From Escherichia coli (GTDB lineage: Bacteria; Pseudomonadota; Gammaproteobacteria; Enterobacterales; Enterobacteriaceae): a stretch of DNA of 64,000 nucleotides. The translations under genes and the position numbers were made by a program. Position 1 is the stretch's first letter. Each line of letters starts with the position of its first letter. The notes under the pieces are model-generated. The model had not been told where the DNA came from and did no database searches. It saw nothing but the letters and a program-made list of their open reading frames with translations. The stretch lies in assembly GCF_001677475.2 (NCBI RefSeq), contig NZ_CP015229.1; one strand, written 5' to 3'. Shown in pieces: positions 33,522 through 43,229 of the stretch.

Positions 33522-33935
33522 ATGACATCCCGACGAGACTGGCAGTTACAGCAACTGGGCATTACCCAGTGGTCGCTGCGTCGCCCTGGCGCGTTGCAGG
33601 GGGAGATTGCCATTGCGATCCCGGCACACGTCCGTCTGGTGATGGTGGCAAACGATCTTCCCGCCCTGACTGATCCTTTAGTGAGCGATGTTCTGCGCGC
33701 ATTAACCGTCAGCCCCGATCAAGTGCTGCAACTGACGCCAGAAAAAATCGCGATGCTGCCACAAGGCAGTCGCTGCAACAGCTGGCGGTTGGGTACTGAC
33801 GAACCGCTATCACTGGAAGGCGCTCAGGTGGCATCACCGGCGCTCACCGAATTACGGGCAAACCCAACGGCACGCGCCGCGTTATGGCAACAAATTTGCA
33901 CATATGAACACGATTTCTTCCCTCGAAACGACTGA
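33522..33935 (+). CDS. holD: DNA polymerase III psi subunit HolD
   Basis: ORF track 137 aa; synteny rsmC-holD-rimI. Confidence 0.9.
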   Translation: MTSRRDWQLQQLGITQWSLRRPGALQGEIAIAIPAHVRLVMVANDLPALTDPLVSDVLRALTVSPDQVLQLTPEKIAMLPQGSRCNSWRLGTDEPLSLEGAQVASPALTELRANPTARAALWQQICTYEHDFFPRND

Positions 33936-34350
33936 TTTACCAGCGGCTTACCACATTGAACAACGCGCCCACGCCTTTCCGTGGAGTGAAAAAACCTTTG
34001 CCAGCAACCAGGGCGAGCGTTATCTCAACTTTCAGTTAACGCAAAACGGCAAAATGGCGGCGTTTGCGATTACGCAAGTGGTGCTAGATGAAGCTACATT
34101 GTTCAATATTGCGGTCGATCCTGACTATCAGCGTCAGGGATTGGGAAGGGCGCTGCTGGAACATCTGATCGACGAACTGGAAAAACGCGGCGTGGCGACG
34201 CTATGGCTGGAAGTCCGTGCTTCAAACGCTGCCGCCATTGCCCTGTACGAAAGTTTAGGCTTTAACGAGGCGACAATTCGCCGCAATTACTACCCCACCA
34301 CGGACGGTCGCGAAGACGCCATCATCATGGCGTTGCCAATCAGTATGTAA
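33904..34350 (+). CDS. rimI: Ribosomal protein S18 alanine N-acetyltransferase RimI
   Basis: ORF track 148 aa GNAT; overlaps holD 3' end. Confidence 0.9.
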   Translation: MNTISSLETTDLPAAYHIEQRAHAFPWSEKTFASNQGERYLNFQLTQNGKMAAFAITQVVLDEATLFNIAVDPDYQRQGLGRALLEHLIDELEKRGVATLWLEVRASNAAAIALYESLGFNEATIRRNYYPTTDGREDAIIMALPISM

Positions 34351-34364
34351 GACAAGGTGGAATA

Positions 34365-35042
34365 ATGAAGTGGGACTGGATTTTCTTTGATGCCGATGAA
34401 ACGCTGTTTACCTTTGACTCATTCACCGGCCTGCAGCGGATGTTTCTTGACTACAGCGTCACCTTTACCGCTGAAGATTTTCAGGACTATCAGGCCGTTA
34501 ACAAGCCACTGTGGGTGGATTATCAAAACGGCGCGATCACTTCATTACAGCTTCAGCACGGGCGGTTTGAGAGCTGGGCCGAACGGCTGAACGTCGAGCC
34601 GGGTAAACTCAACGAAGCCTTTATTAATGCGATGGCGGAAATCTGTACGCCGCTGCCGGGCGCGGTTTCTCTGCTTAACGCCATTCGTGGCAACGCCAAA
34701 ATCGGCATCATCACCAACGGCTTTAGTGCCTTGCAACAGGTGCGTCTGGAACGCACGGGCCTGCGTGATTACTTCGATTTGCTGGTGATTTCCGAAGAAG
34801 TTGGCGTTGCCAAACCGAATAAGAAAATTTTCGATTATGCGCTGGAACAGGCGGGCAATCCTGACCGTTCACGCGTGCTGATGGTTGGCGACACTGCCGA
34901 GTCCGATATTCTCGGTGGCATCAACGCCGGGCTTGCGACCTGCTGGCTGAATGCGCACAATCGCGAGCAACCAGAAGGCATCGCGCCCACCTGGACCGTT
35001 TCTTCGTTGCACGAACTGGAGCAGCTCCTGTGTAAACACTGA
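34365..35042 (+). CDS. yjjG: Pyrimidine 5'-nucleotidase YjjG (HAD family)
   Basis: ORF track 225 aa; HAD motif [10 protein letters not shown]. Confidence 0.9.
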   Translation: MKWDWIFFDADETLFTFDSFTGLQRMFLDYSVTFTAEDFQDYQAVNKPLWVDYQNGAITSLQLQHGRFESWAERLNVEPGKLNEAFINAMAEICTPLPGAVSLLNAIRGNAKIGIITNGFSALQQVRLERTGLRDYFDLLVISEEVGVAKPNKKIFDYALEQAGNPDRSRVLMVGDTAESDILGGINAGLATCWLNAHNREQPEGIAPTWTVSSLHELEQLLCKH

Positions 35043-35427
35043 TTGCCTCCCCCCCGTTGATGGGTAAAATAGCCGCAATTTTTCGTTTTCAACAAGCGCG
35101 GCGCGATGCCGCTTACTCAAGAAGAAAGAATTATGACGTTGTCTCCTTATTTGCAAGAGGTGGCGAAGCGCCGCACTTTTGCCATTATTTCTCACCCCAA
35201 TAATTAAGCCTAAATTAAAGCTCTTTTACTTTTTCAAAGTCCTTTCAGTTAATTGATGTTTGGTTTTATAAGTCATTTAAATACAGTTAGTTATGTGGCT
35301 TCTTTAATTGAAAATTCTTTCATGTAACTTTAAATCGATCAGGTTGCTTTCATCAAAAATCTGTACATATGCTTGTACATAATGTACAAAGCAGCAGAGG
35401 TGTTTTGCGATTTGTACAAGGTGAGTA

Positions 35428-36663
35428 ATGGCGCTGTCTGATGCGTGGTTGCGTTCAGTCGTTGGAAAGGAACGTGATAAGGTTTTGGTTAAATCCGATC
35501 GTGATGGTCTGTCTGTCAGAGTATCACCGAAAGGTCGCGTAGTGTTCCAATATCGTTATCAATGGGCAGGGAAAGGTGAGCGCCTTGATATCGGAACTTA
35601 CCCGGCAACTGGATTAAAAGAGGCCAGAGAAGAAGTTATCCGTCTCCGTGGTGAACTCGAGTCAAACCGCAATCCACGATTAGTCAAGCAGGCTGAAAAA
35701 CGAAAAGCTACTGAAGCCATGACGGTAGAGTCTGTGATCCGTGCCTGGTATGAAGCATATTGTGTAAAAAATAAAAAAGGTTCTGAACAGATACTCCGCT
35801 CGTTTGAGCTGCACCTGTTCTCTAAAATCGGGAATATCCCTCACGATGCAGCTACATTGCATGATTGGTTAGAAGTCCTGGAGCCTCTTAGCACCAAGAC
35901 TCCAGCAATAGTAGACCGATTGCTAATTAACGCAAAGCAGGCTCATGTCTGGGCGTATAAGAGAAAGCTCATTGAAACTCGCCCACTGTCGGATATCACG
36001 GGTAAAGATATGGATATCCGTAAAGGTCAGAAAAAACGGTTTCTGACACATGATGAAATTAACATCCTTTATGCTGCGATCGATGGTTCTCGAATGGTTC
36101 CTAAATACCGAGCCTTCATTAAACTATTGCTGCATTTTGGTTGCCGTAGTTCAGAGCTAATTACTGCTAGGGTGGATGATTTTGATTTCATAAATAAGGT
36201 ATGGACTGTACCACCAGAACGACATAAGACTGGGGACATAACAGGCGAACCGCTAAAGCGGCCCATTATTGAACCGGTTGAAGAGCTTATAAAATACGTT
36301 ATCTCTATGAACAACGGTTCCGATATGCTTTTTACTAAGGAAGGAAGCAGGGAGCCAGTTGGTCGGACATCATTGCAGTCGCTGCCTTACAATTTAATGC
36401 AGTTCGCATGGCGACGTTTGGGGTATCAATTTCCTCATTGGTCTCTTCATGATTTGAGACGAACAGCACGAACAAACTTTTCTGATCTTACTGCTCCTCA
36501 TATTGCTGAAATAATGCTTGGTCATAAACTGCCAGGTGTATGGCAAGTTTATGATAAGAGCGATTATCTAGAAGAACAGCGTAAAGCTTACTGGGCATGG
36601 TGGGAGAGGGTTGAATCGATCGTTACTTGTACTGACTTAATCTCCAACGGACAGTTTGCGTAG
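35428..36663 (+). CDS. int: Phage tyrosine integrase
   Basis: ORF track 411 aa; C-terminal catalytic region with HDLRRTARTN and LGH..VYD motifs; RBS AAGGTGAG. Confidence 0.85.
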   Translation: MALSDAWLRSVVGKERDKVLVKSDRDGLSVRVSPKGRVVFQYRYQWAGKGERLDIGTYPATGLKEAREEVIRLRGELESNRNPRLVKQAEKRKATEAMTVESVIRAWYEAYCVKNKKGSEQILRSFELHLFSKIGNIPHDAATLHDWLEVLEPLSTKTPAIVDRLLINAKQAHVWAYKRKLIETRPLSDITGKDMDIRKGQKKRFLTHDEINILYAAIDGSRMVPKYRAFIKLLLHFGCRSSELITARVDDFDFINKVWTVPPERHKTGDITGEPLKRPIIEPVEELIKYVISMNNGSDMLFTKEGSREPVGRTSLQSLPYNLMQFAWRRLGYQFPHWSLHDLRRTARTNFSDLTAPHIAEIMLGHKLPGVWQVYDKSDYLEEQRKAYWAWWERVESIVTCTDLISNGQFA

Positions 36664-36821
36664 CCAGAGCGTAATCATATCTGCCAGTCCGCTGCGGATA
36701 CCTTGTGTACTGGGTTTTTAGCCAGACTACGTTAACCGGTAGCTTCAGTATTTGGGGTGTCGGCAGGAGTTTGATGGTTTATTGGGTTACTGTGGGACTA
36801 AGGATGTAGGGATGCCAATCG

Positions 36822-37955
36822 ATGAATTATGAAAAATATCATAGCACAAACAGAAGCAAGGGTTTGCGAACCTTCTGCTACTTAATTTATTATGTGCAGG
36901 TGATTTTTAATGTGATGAAGTGTTTTATGACTCGCGGAAACTTTGATTTTATAAACTCTAACGTGGTTTTCTCAGAAGCCGATAAGTCATTGTGGATTGA
37001 TCTCATTAACACCGATTGTATTTGGTATGATATGATAATTAATCCTCCTGATGATATAAGAACAAATAAGATAATAAAGAACTATCTCAGAATTATGGAA
37101 AAATATACGAGGGAAAGCTGTGAAAAGAGATTTATTTATTTCTTAGGTTCAAGAAAAAAAGTGAGGTTTTCAACCAAGAAACAGCCTAGGTATAACCCAT
37201 TCACAAAAAATATAGTATTCACTCTGTTGATTGGCAAAGAAGAGCGAAAGCTTCGGATAAAATATTCCTTTTGCACGTTTACGCAGAATGGGGTAGTGAA
37301 GGTAACTCCAAATGTTAGAGTAACTGAGAAGTTTCTCTACATTGAATATGAAAATGGCAATTTATGTGTGATGTCAGTTCATGATTTCGTAAACGGACAT
37401 TATATTGATTTAGGAATTCATACAGAAGTGCATTACGTAGGATATACACGTCATCCGCATCGGCGCCCTGTTGATTTTATTCACCGTGGCTTATCAAAGA
37501 TGCTGTATAGCGTTTCAAATGACGATAATGATTTTTTTGTTTGTTTTAGTATATTTAATCCAAGGATTATATCTCTGAATAATAAATGTAATGTGGTCTT
37601 TAATATTTCAAATTCTCTACTGGATGAAATTGATGTTGATAATGAGGGGAGAATTATTGAAAACTGCTTAATACGTTACTTTGATCCTAAGCTTCAAGAT
37701 GATGACAAGGAAAGTAAAAGGTCAGATTTAAATAAAATGTTTATGGACCTGGTGGAAAATAAAAAAATTAAAAAAATATACGTTAATTTTCAATATGAAA
37801 GGAATAATGAGTATTTCTGCTTTTACTCTAAAGTTGTTCCGCCGAAATTTCATCATTTCTTTGTGTTGGATTTTTCTGATGGCAAGATAAATATTGATAG
37901 AGACCAGGATATGATGACTCAGATGGCATTGTGCATGGGGTATTATAATTATTAA
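36822..37955 (+). CDS. Hypothetical protein, AT-rich orphan gene adjacent to integrase (candidate moron)
   Basis: ORF track 377 aa; ATG start; GC far below prophage average; no recognisable domain. Confidence 0.45.
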   Translation: MNYEKYHSTNRSKGLRTFCYLIYYVQVIFNVMKCFMTRGNFDFINSNVVFSEADKSLWIDLINTDCIWYDMIINPPDDIRTNKIIKNYLRIMEKYTRESCEKRFIYFLGSRKKVRFSTKKQPRYNPFTKNIVFTLLIGKEERKLRIKYSFCTFTQNGVVKVTPNVRVTEKFLYIEYENGNLCVMSVHDFVNGHYIDLGIHTEVHYVGYTRHPHRRPVDFIHRGLSKMLYSVSNDDNDFFVCFSIFNPRIISLNNKCNVVFNISNSLLDEIDVDNEGRIIENCLIRYFDPKLQDDDKESKRSDLNKMFMDLVENKKIKKIYVNFQYERNNEYFCFYSKVVPPKFHHFFVLDFSDGKINIDRDQDMMTQMALCMGYYNY

Positions 37956-38164
37956 TATTTCGCCTGATGCCAACTCAAAATCTTTTTTGTCGCATCCATT
38001 GTGGATTAATATTCAGAGGTAAGGGGTATCTGCGGAATTTATATTTTGCAGGATGAGCATACAATACATGATATAACATCTGTTTTTGGCACAGAGCATA
38101 TAGTCAGATTATGTTTAGTTCTGTGCCATAGATGGATATTATCTCACCTCTTGGCTAACTCTCA

Positions 38165-38359
38165 TTACTCAATAACTCCAGCAAATCTGTATATTTTGCG
38201 TGATGCCCATTTATTTGGGCAGGATTTAATATCAGGATCTGGAAAATCTGGCCTGTATTTCTGGCCTGTCCTCCTGTTTACGCTGTTCCAGCGAAGCACC
38301 GTCGATATTGAAACGCCACAGAATTCGGCGACTTGTTTTGTTGTCATTAAGTTGCTCAT
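38165..38359 (-). CDS. xis: Excisionase / AlpA-family DNA-binding protein
   Basis: ORF track 64 aa; TTKQVAEFCGVSISTVLRW HTH typical of phage Xis/AlpA. Confidence 0.7.
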   Translation of the reverse strand: MSNLMTTKQVAEFCGVSISTVLRWNSVNRRTGQKYRPDFPDPDIKSCPNKWASRKIYRFAGVIE

Positions 38360-38393
38360 TGCTACCCCTCCAGCGGTTGTTCAGTTGAAAGAC

Positions 38394-38930
38394 TCATGCG
38401 CATGTGCGTAACTCCGATAACTCGTTAAAGCGTTCCATAAACATCCCGTAGGCATGGCCTGGCGACAGTGGAATAACTTTGAACATCTCTGTGGCAGAGA
38501 TGCCTTCCAGTACTGGCCAGAAAGAGCCATCATCAAGCCCGAGATCGCGGCGTTCGGTTGCCAGCATGATGAGATCGGCATATTTCACGGGTGTACTCAT
38601 AACCGGGGGTAACCCGTATTTCTCACGGATTACTGTGTCTATTTTTTCTTCCATCCGTTTATAGTCAGGAAGAAAGCGTTTCAGTGGTGCGGGGATGTCC
38701 TGGCAATACGCTTCTGTTGCATCATGCATTAACGCTTCAAAAGCAAATTCCTGCGGTACCAGCTGGCTGCAAAGCACCGCATGTTGGGCGACGCTGTAGA
38801 AGTGTGAAAGATGACCGGCAAAGCGACAGATATTTGAAAGGGAAACCGCGATATCGTTAATATCGATGTCGTCTTTATTTATCCTGTCATAATAAAAATG
38901 CTTCCCGGAAAAAGTTTTAATAAATGACAT
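38394..38930 (-). CDS. HD-domain phosphohydrolase (YfdR-like)
   Basis: ORF track 38394..38957; ATG at 38930 with GGAG RBS gives 178 aa; H..HD metal-binding motifs (AQHAVLC, LMHDATE). Confidence 0.6.
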   Translation of the reverse strand: MSFIKTFSGKHFYYDRINKDDIDINDIAVSLSNICRFAGHLSHFYSVAQHAVLCSQLVPQEFAFEALMHDATEAYCQDIPAPLKRFLPDYKRMEEKIDTVIREKYGLPPVMSTPVKYADLIMLATERRDLGLDDGSFWPVLEGISATEMFKVIPLSPGHAYGMFMERFNELSELRTCA

Positions 38931-39057
38931 TTTGTTCTCCACGTATATGCGTTGCACCGTGCTGAATTCTGGTAAAAGGAAGCCCTCACCATCTGGCGAT
39001 TATTGGGTAAATTATGTTGACATAAATGCCCCCGCAGGGGCATTTGCAGTAATGAAA

Positions 39058-39882
39058 TCAGGCGGTGAAAGTACCAATAAAGGTTTCTACTTTGCTGTCT
39101 TTGAATTTCTCAACAAGCAGATCACGAAATTCGTTAGCCATTTCTTCCTGCACCGCTTCCAGCTGAATAATGCGCAGAACCAGTACAGGACGATCGCCAG
39201 TGATAATGCTGAGGCGTAATTTAAACGGACGTTCTTTCAGACCTTCAAACGGAACGCATTTAAATTCAAATGCCACTGGCATAATGTCTTTGGTCTTCGC
39301 TTCGACAGACTCCATCAGGGAGCGTTTGCCGCTGAAGTCATTATCTTCAAAATCAGCGGTCTGGTTCGCTTCAATTGTGATTTTACGGATCGCCGCAGCC
39401 GCTTTGGTTGCCTGAATGGCGTCACCATTAGCATCAAAGCCCACAAGGTAGTCGGCCCAGTCTTCAATCCATTCTGCCAGTGACTTCTGGGAGTTACGCT
39501 CGCCGTTAACAGACAACAGGGCAGAGAACGGTGCTGTCTTTTTCAGTTTGAGAGTGGCGGTGTTATCTGCGTGACCTGGTTCATCAATAGTACCCAGGTT
39601 AAGCACACTGACTGCTCGCATATTATCGGCATCGATAAAGCAGCGGGTGCCTTCATCTGCAAGATCTTTAGAATAACGGGTAAAGTCATCGATGCTGGCA
39701 GTGGAAAGCGCACCACGGAAACGGAAGCGATTTAAATTAAATTTTTCCAGATCATGAATGCGGAAATTCTCAGGCAATGCCACAGCATCGGCACCAATCT
39801 TACTGATAATTTCATTAACACCCTGAGCAGAAATAAGGGCATGGATTTGATTAATTGCGGTTGCGTCTAAGTTCTGAGACAT
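39058..39882 (-). CDS. Hypothetical prophage protein (YfdQ-like, 274 aa)
   Basis: ORF track; good RBS GTGAGGA; length and position match yfdQ as recalled. Confidence 0.5.
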   Translation of the reverse strand: MSQNLDATAINQIHALISAQGVNEIISKIGADAVALPENFRIHDLEKFNLNRFRFRGALSTASIDDFTRYSKDLADEGTRCFIDADNMRAVSVLNLGTIDEPGHADNTATLKLKKTAPFSALLSVNGERNSQKSLAEWIEDWADYLVGFDANGDAIQATKAAAAIRKITIEANQTADFEDNDFSGKRSLMESVEAKTKDIMPVAFEFKCVPFEGLKERPFKLRLSIITGDRPVLVLRIIQLEAVQEEMANEFRDLLVEKFKDSKVETFIGTFTA

Positions 39883-39947
39883 AATAAGTCCTCACTATAT
39901 AAAGATATTCAGTGATGAGATAAATAATCGGTTAATTAAGAACGATA

Positions 39948-40310
39948 TTAATGACCTGCTGCGCGGAGTTTTCCGTCAGGTTCACCGGCAAGAGTCAGTA
40001 ATTGTCCCTGGTCTTCCTGCAGAATAGTCAGGCGACCACCGCGATTGACATACATCGGCGTTTCGGTGGTGTCTTCTTCGGAAATTTTCCCGCGGTTAGT
40101 CGGGCGAACATATGAGAGTTTGTGTTTGATTTTCACACGGTTCTCATCAAATGGTTCGATTTCCAGGTTGAGTGAGACCTTACCTTTGGTTTTCGTGTTC
40201 ATCACACCTGAAGCGACTTCACTGAGAACTGCGCCGATTTTGGTTTCAAATACGCCGCCGTCCAGCTCCCCGATAAATGCCTGCACATCAGTACTGCGTT
40301 CGCTAGCCAT
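39948..40310 (-). CDS. Hypothetical prophage protein (YfdP-like, 120 aa)
   Basis: ORF track 39948..40496; internal ATG with GAGGAGCAGCAA RBS gives MASERSTDVQAFIGELDGGVFETK... Confidence 0.45.
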   Translation of the reverse strand: MASERSTDVQAFIGELDGGVFETKIGAVLSEVASGVMNTKTKGKVSLNLEIEPFDENRVKIKHKLSYVRPTNRGKISEEDTTETPMYVNRGGRLTILQEDQGQLLTLAGEPDGKLRAAGH

Positions 40311-40990
40311 TTTGCTGCTCCTCATCATATCGACCCTGCAAGGTCGGTTGGTTTCTCCACAAAACAGAGAAGAACACCTGCGGTGGCAGCCGCCCGGATG
40401 GATTGGGTTATGAGCCCGTCGTCCGGTGATGCTCTTCTCTGTTTTGTAAAAAGAGCGGTACCAGCCGGAAGCAAGTGTACAAACTGGTACCGCCAAAGCA
40501 GTGGCTGTTGTGGTGACCGGTGCTGATCTCCGGCTTGCGGTTATTTCAGACTCTCACGGGTGTTTAATTGCCCCGCCGAACAGCTCTTTTCCGCAATAGC
40601 TGCAATGTCTTTCGCGCATCAGCCTGCGCATTCACCACAACGCTGAGAGCACTTAGCCAGTTACGGCACCACACTTTGTCGCGGTTCCATAAATGCCCTC
40701 ATCGTTGCACCCTGGTCTCTTCCCAGGTGTCAAACCGAACCGCCACGCTGGTTAGGCGTCTTATCAGCATCATCATTGACTTGCACATTCCGGCTACCTG
40801 GTTTGTTTGCCCGAGCAAGGAGTGGATTGTCCCCTTTAACGTCCCCAGACCGCTAACGACGCATGTGCCATACGCCGTGTTACAACCAAATTTTGTTAGT
40901 ACCTTGTTTGTTGGTCTGGAAAGAAAGATAAAATGAAGTTGCGCATTATGCAAGTGTTTTTGTTGCGAGATATGCAATTTGATGGGTAAT

Positions 40991-41012
40991 GAAAAGCCAC
41001 CTTCGGGTGGCT
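40991..41012 (-). terminator. Putative intrinsic terminator downstream of cI
   Basis: agccacc-ttcg-ggtggct hairpin followed on minus strand by T-run. Confidence 0.5.
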
Positions 41013-41032
41013 AATTGATGAGGAGGTAAGGG

Positions 41033-41725
41033 TTAATTGTGTCGCTTAAGGGTTTGTGACTGGCTGATTAAGACCTTTCCAAAGACCATAAACCGGTGTT
41101 CATTTTCGCTGGTAATTCCCCATTCACGGTAAATCTGGTTATCAGAAATCACCAGTAGTTTGTCAGGTATCATTTGCAGTCGTTTGACATAAATTTTATC
41201 ATCAAAACCAAATACATAGATACCATCTCCATCAAACTGATTGATACTGACATCAACGAAGATGAGATCTCCTGGCTCAATGGTTGGACACATACTGTCC
41301 CCACGAACGTTGATTACTTTAATGTGATTTGCTGGCCGTCCGCCAAACATCGATACAGCATTATCAGTTCTGTATTCAATGGCATGAATCACATCAATGA
41401 CATCACCGCCCTGGATAAGGCCATTTCCCGCACTGGCACTGATATCCAGCATTTCAATACGGAATACATCCTTCACCTGCGCAACATCCTCACTAATACT
41501 GTTTTTACATACAGTATTACTTTTGAAGTCTGAGGTAAAGAGATCAGCAATATCAACACCTAAGCTCCTGGCAATATTACTCAGGGCTTGTTCAGTGAAT
41601 TGTTTCTGCTTACCTGTTTCCAGGCGCGAGATATTTGCCGCATCCACTCCTATTGCTTCAGCGAGATCGGCGATTTTCATGTTCTTCGCTTGGCGAAGTT
41701 GTCTGACTCGATTTCCTATGTTCAT
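41033..41725 (-). CDS. cI: CI-like phage repressor (XRE HTH + S24 LexA-like peptidase domain)
   Basis: ORF track 230 aa; N-terminal HTH VRQLRQAKNMKIADLAEAIGVDAANISRLETGK; C-terminal GDSMCPTIEPGD..KRL. Confidence 0.85.
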   Translation of the reverse strand: MNIGNRVRQLRQAKNMKIADLAEAIGVDAANISRLETGKQKQFTEQALSNIARSLGVDIADLFTSDFKSNTVCKNSISEDVAQVKDVFRIEMLDISASAGNGLIQGGDVIDVIHAIEYRTDNAVSMFGGRPANHIKVINVRGDSMCPTIEPGDLIFVDVSINQFDGDGIYVFGFDDKIYVKRLQMIPDKLLVISDNQIYREWGITSENEHRFMVFGKVLISQSQTLKRHN

Positions 41726-41822
41726 GCGTTTATTACATTTCTTTATTGCGCGTTAAGCAAATCAACTTGCGCAAAATATTTGCGTGAAATAATATGCTCA
41801 TCACGCAATATGTGGAGGTTAT
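41726..41822. promoter_or_regulatory. Immunity-region divergent promoters/operators between cI and cro
   Basis: Repeated TTGCGC/GCGCAA half-sites and inverted repeat ttgcgtga-N13-tcacgcaa. Confidence 0.55.
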
Positions 41823-42083
41823 ATGCAATCACCATTACGGAATGTGCGTAAAGCGCACGGATTTACTTTGCAGCATGTTGCTGCTGGCGTTCAGGTCAAT
41901 CCAGCGACGCTGAGTCGTATTGAAAGACTGGAACAAATTCCATCTATCGAGCTTGCAGAACGTCTGGCCAATTTTTTTAAGGGTGAAATCAGCGAAATGC
42001 AGATTCTTTATCCGGCACGTTTTCAATCTAGCCAAAACCAGAATGGGTTTAAACCACAGGAACAGGAGATAAGCCGTGGGTAA
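41823..42083 (+). CDS. cro: Cro-like HTH regulator
   Basis: ORF track 86 aa; HTH AHGFTLQHVAAGVQVNPATLSRIER; divergent from cI. Confidence 0.75.
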   Translation: MQSPLRNVRKAHGFTLQHVAAGVQVNPATLSRIERLEQIPSIELAERLANFFKGEISEMQILYPARFQSSQNQNGFKPQEQEISRG

Positions 42084-42627
42084 GCATCACTGGAAAGTGG
42101 AAAAACAGCCTGAGTGGTACGTGAAAGCTGTCAGAAAAACTATCGCGGCGTTGCCGGGGGGTTACGCTGAAGCTGCTGAGTGGCTGGATGTAACAGAGAA
42201 CGCTTTATTCAACCGCCTTCGTGCAGATGGCGATCAGATTTTCCCGCTGGGATGGGCAATGATTTTACAGCGCGCTGCTGGCACTCACTACATTGCGGAT
42301 GCTGTCGCACAGTCTGCTGGTGGGGTGTTTGTATCGCTTCCTGAAATTGAGGAAGTAGAGAACGCCGATATAAACCAGCGCCTGCTGGAAGTCATCGAAC
42401 AAATCGGGAGTTACTCAAAGCAGATTCGTTCGGCAATCGAAGATGGGGTAGTGGAGCCACACGAGCAGACAGCAATTAATGATGAGTTGTATCTGTCGAT
42501 TTCGAAGCTCCAGGAGCATGCGGCACTGGTCTACAAAATTTTCTGCGCTCCAGAAAAGAGTGACGCCCGCGAGTGTGCAGCTCCGGGCGTCGTGGCGTTT
42601 TGTGTCTGTGGAGAAACTAACGCATGA
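42076..42627 (+). CDS. Putative CII-like early regulatory protein
   Basis: ORF track 183 aa directly after cro; family assignment is a guess. Confidence 0.35.
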   Translation: MGKHHWKVEKQPEWYVKAVRKTIAALPGGYAEAAEWLDVTENALFNRLRADGDQIFPLGWAMILQRAAGTHYIADAVAQSAGGVFVSLPEIEEVENADINQRLLEVIEQIGSYSKQIRSAIEDGVVEPHEQTAINDELYLSISKLQEHAALVYKIFCAPEKSDARECAAPGVVAFCVCGETNA

Positions 42628-42952
42628 ACAGTTTAACGGCAAATAACCGTTTGTCGCAACAGCTGGTGGTCAGCGTCTCTGAACACCTGTTGTTACGGCA
42701 TGAATGCAGATTACCAAATCACCAGGCTGTAAGTAACCACAGAGAACTTTACCTGACTGTGGGGGGCGAGTTGTGCAGGAACTTAACCGCTGGTTTCGTG
42801 ACGGAAGAGGGCTTTATGTTCATGTTATTCGTTGGGAACCAGAAACACAGCGCGTTATCTATCTTCGCAAAGACTACCCGCATGAGTGCTTTAGTCCTTT
42901 GTGGAAATTCAGGCGTGATTTTGTTGAGTGTGACGGACCACCAACACATTGA
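42624..42952 (+). pseudogene. Putative frameshifted early gene (~109 aa if restored) interrupted at a G6 tract
   Basis: ATG at 42624 overlaps upstream stop (ATGA); at G-run 42761-42766 the protein-like reading moves to another frame (VQELNRWFRDGRGLYVHVIRWEPETQRVIYLRKDYPHE...) ending TGA 42950-42952. Confidence 0.35.
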
Positions 42953-43229
42953 TTCTGCCATTCCGGGACGTTACACTGTTCAGGCACCTTATAAAACGGG
43001 TGCCGGGCGTGGAAACCCGGAATTCACCAAAGCGCACAACCGCGCTCTTGCGGTTTTTTTGTGTCATGAGCAGCATTACGCCCAAATTATGGTGGGGCGT
43101 GCAGGGCCAACTTCGGTTGGGCCGGGTTCTTTGGTGACCGGTATTTCCACCCCTGTACGTCTCACCACCAATAAGGTCGTGGAAAGCCTTGGTGGTGAGT
43201 TATTAAAAATCACCAAAGAGGCTGCCATC

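Noticed and set aside
40045-40977. ORFs of 122 aa (+), 122 aa (+) and 92 aa (-) downstream of cI
   Set aside because: No RBS, non-protein-like composition (Arg/Ser/Thr/His rich); region treated as non-coding/structured instead.
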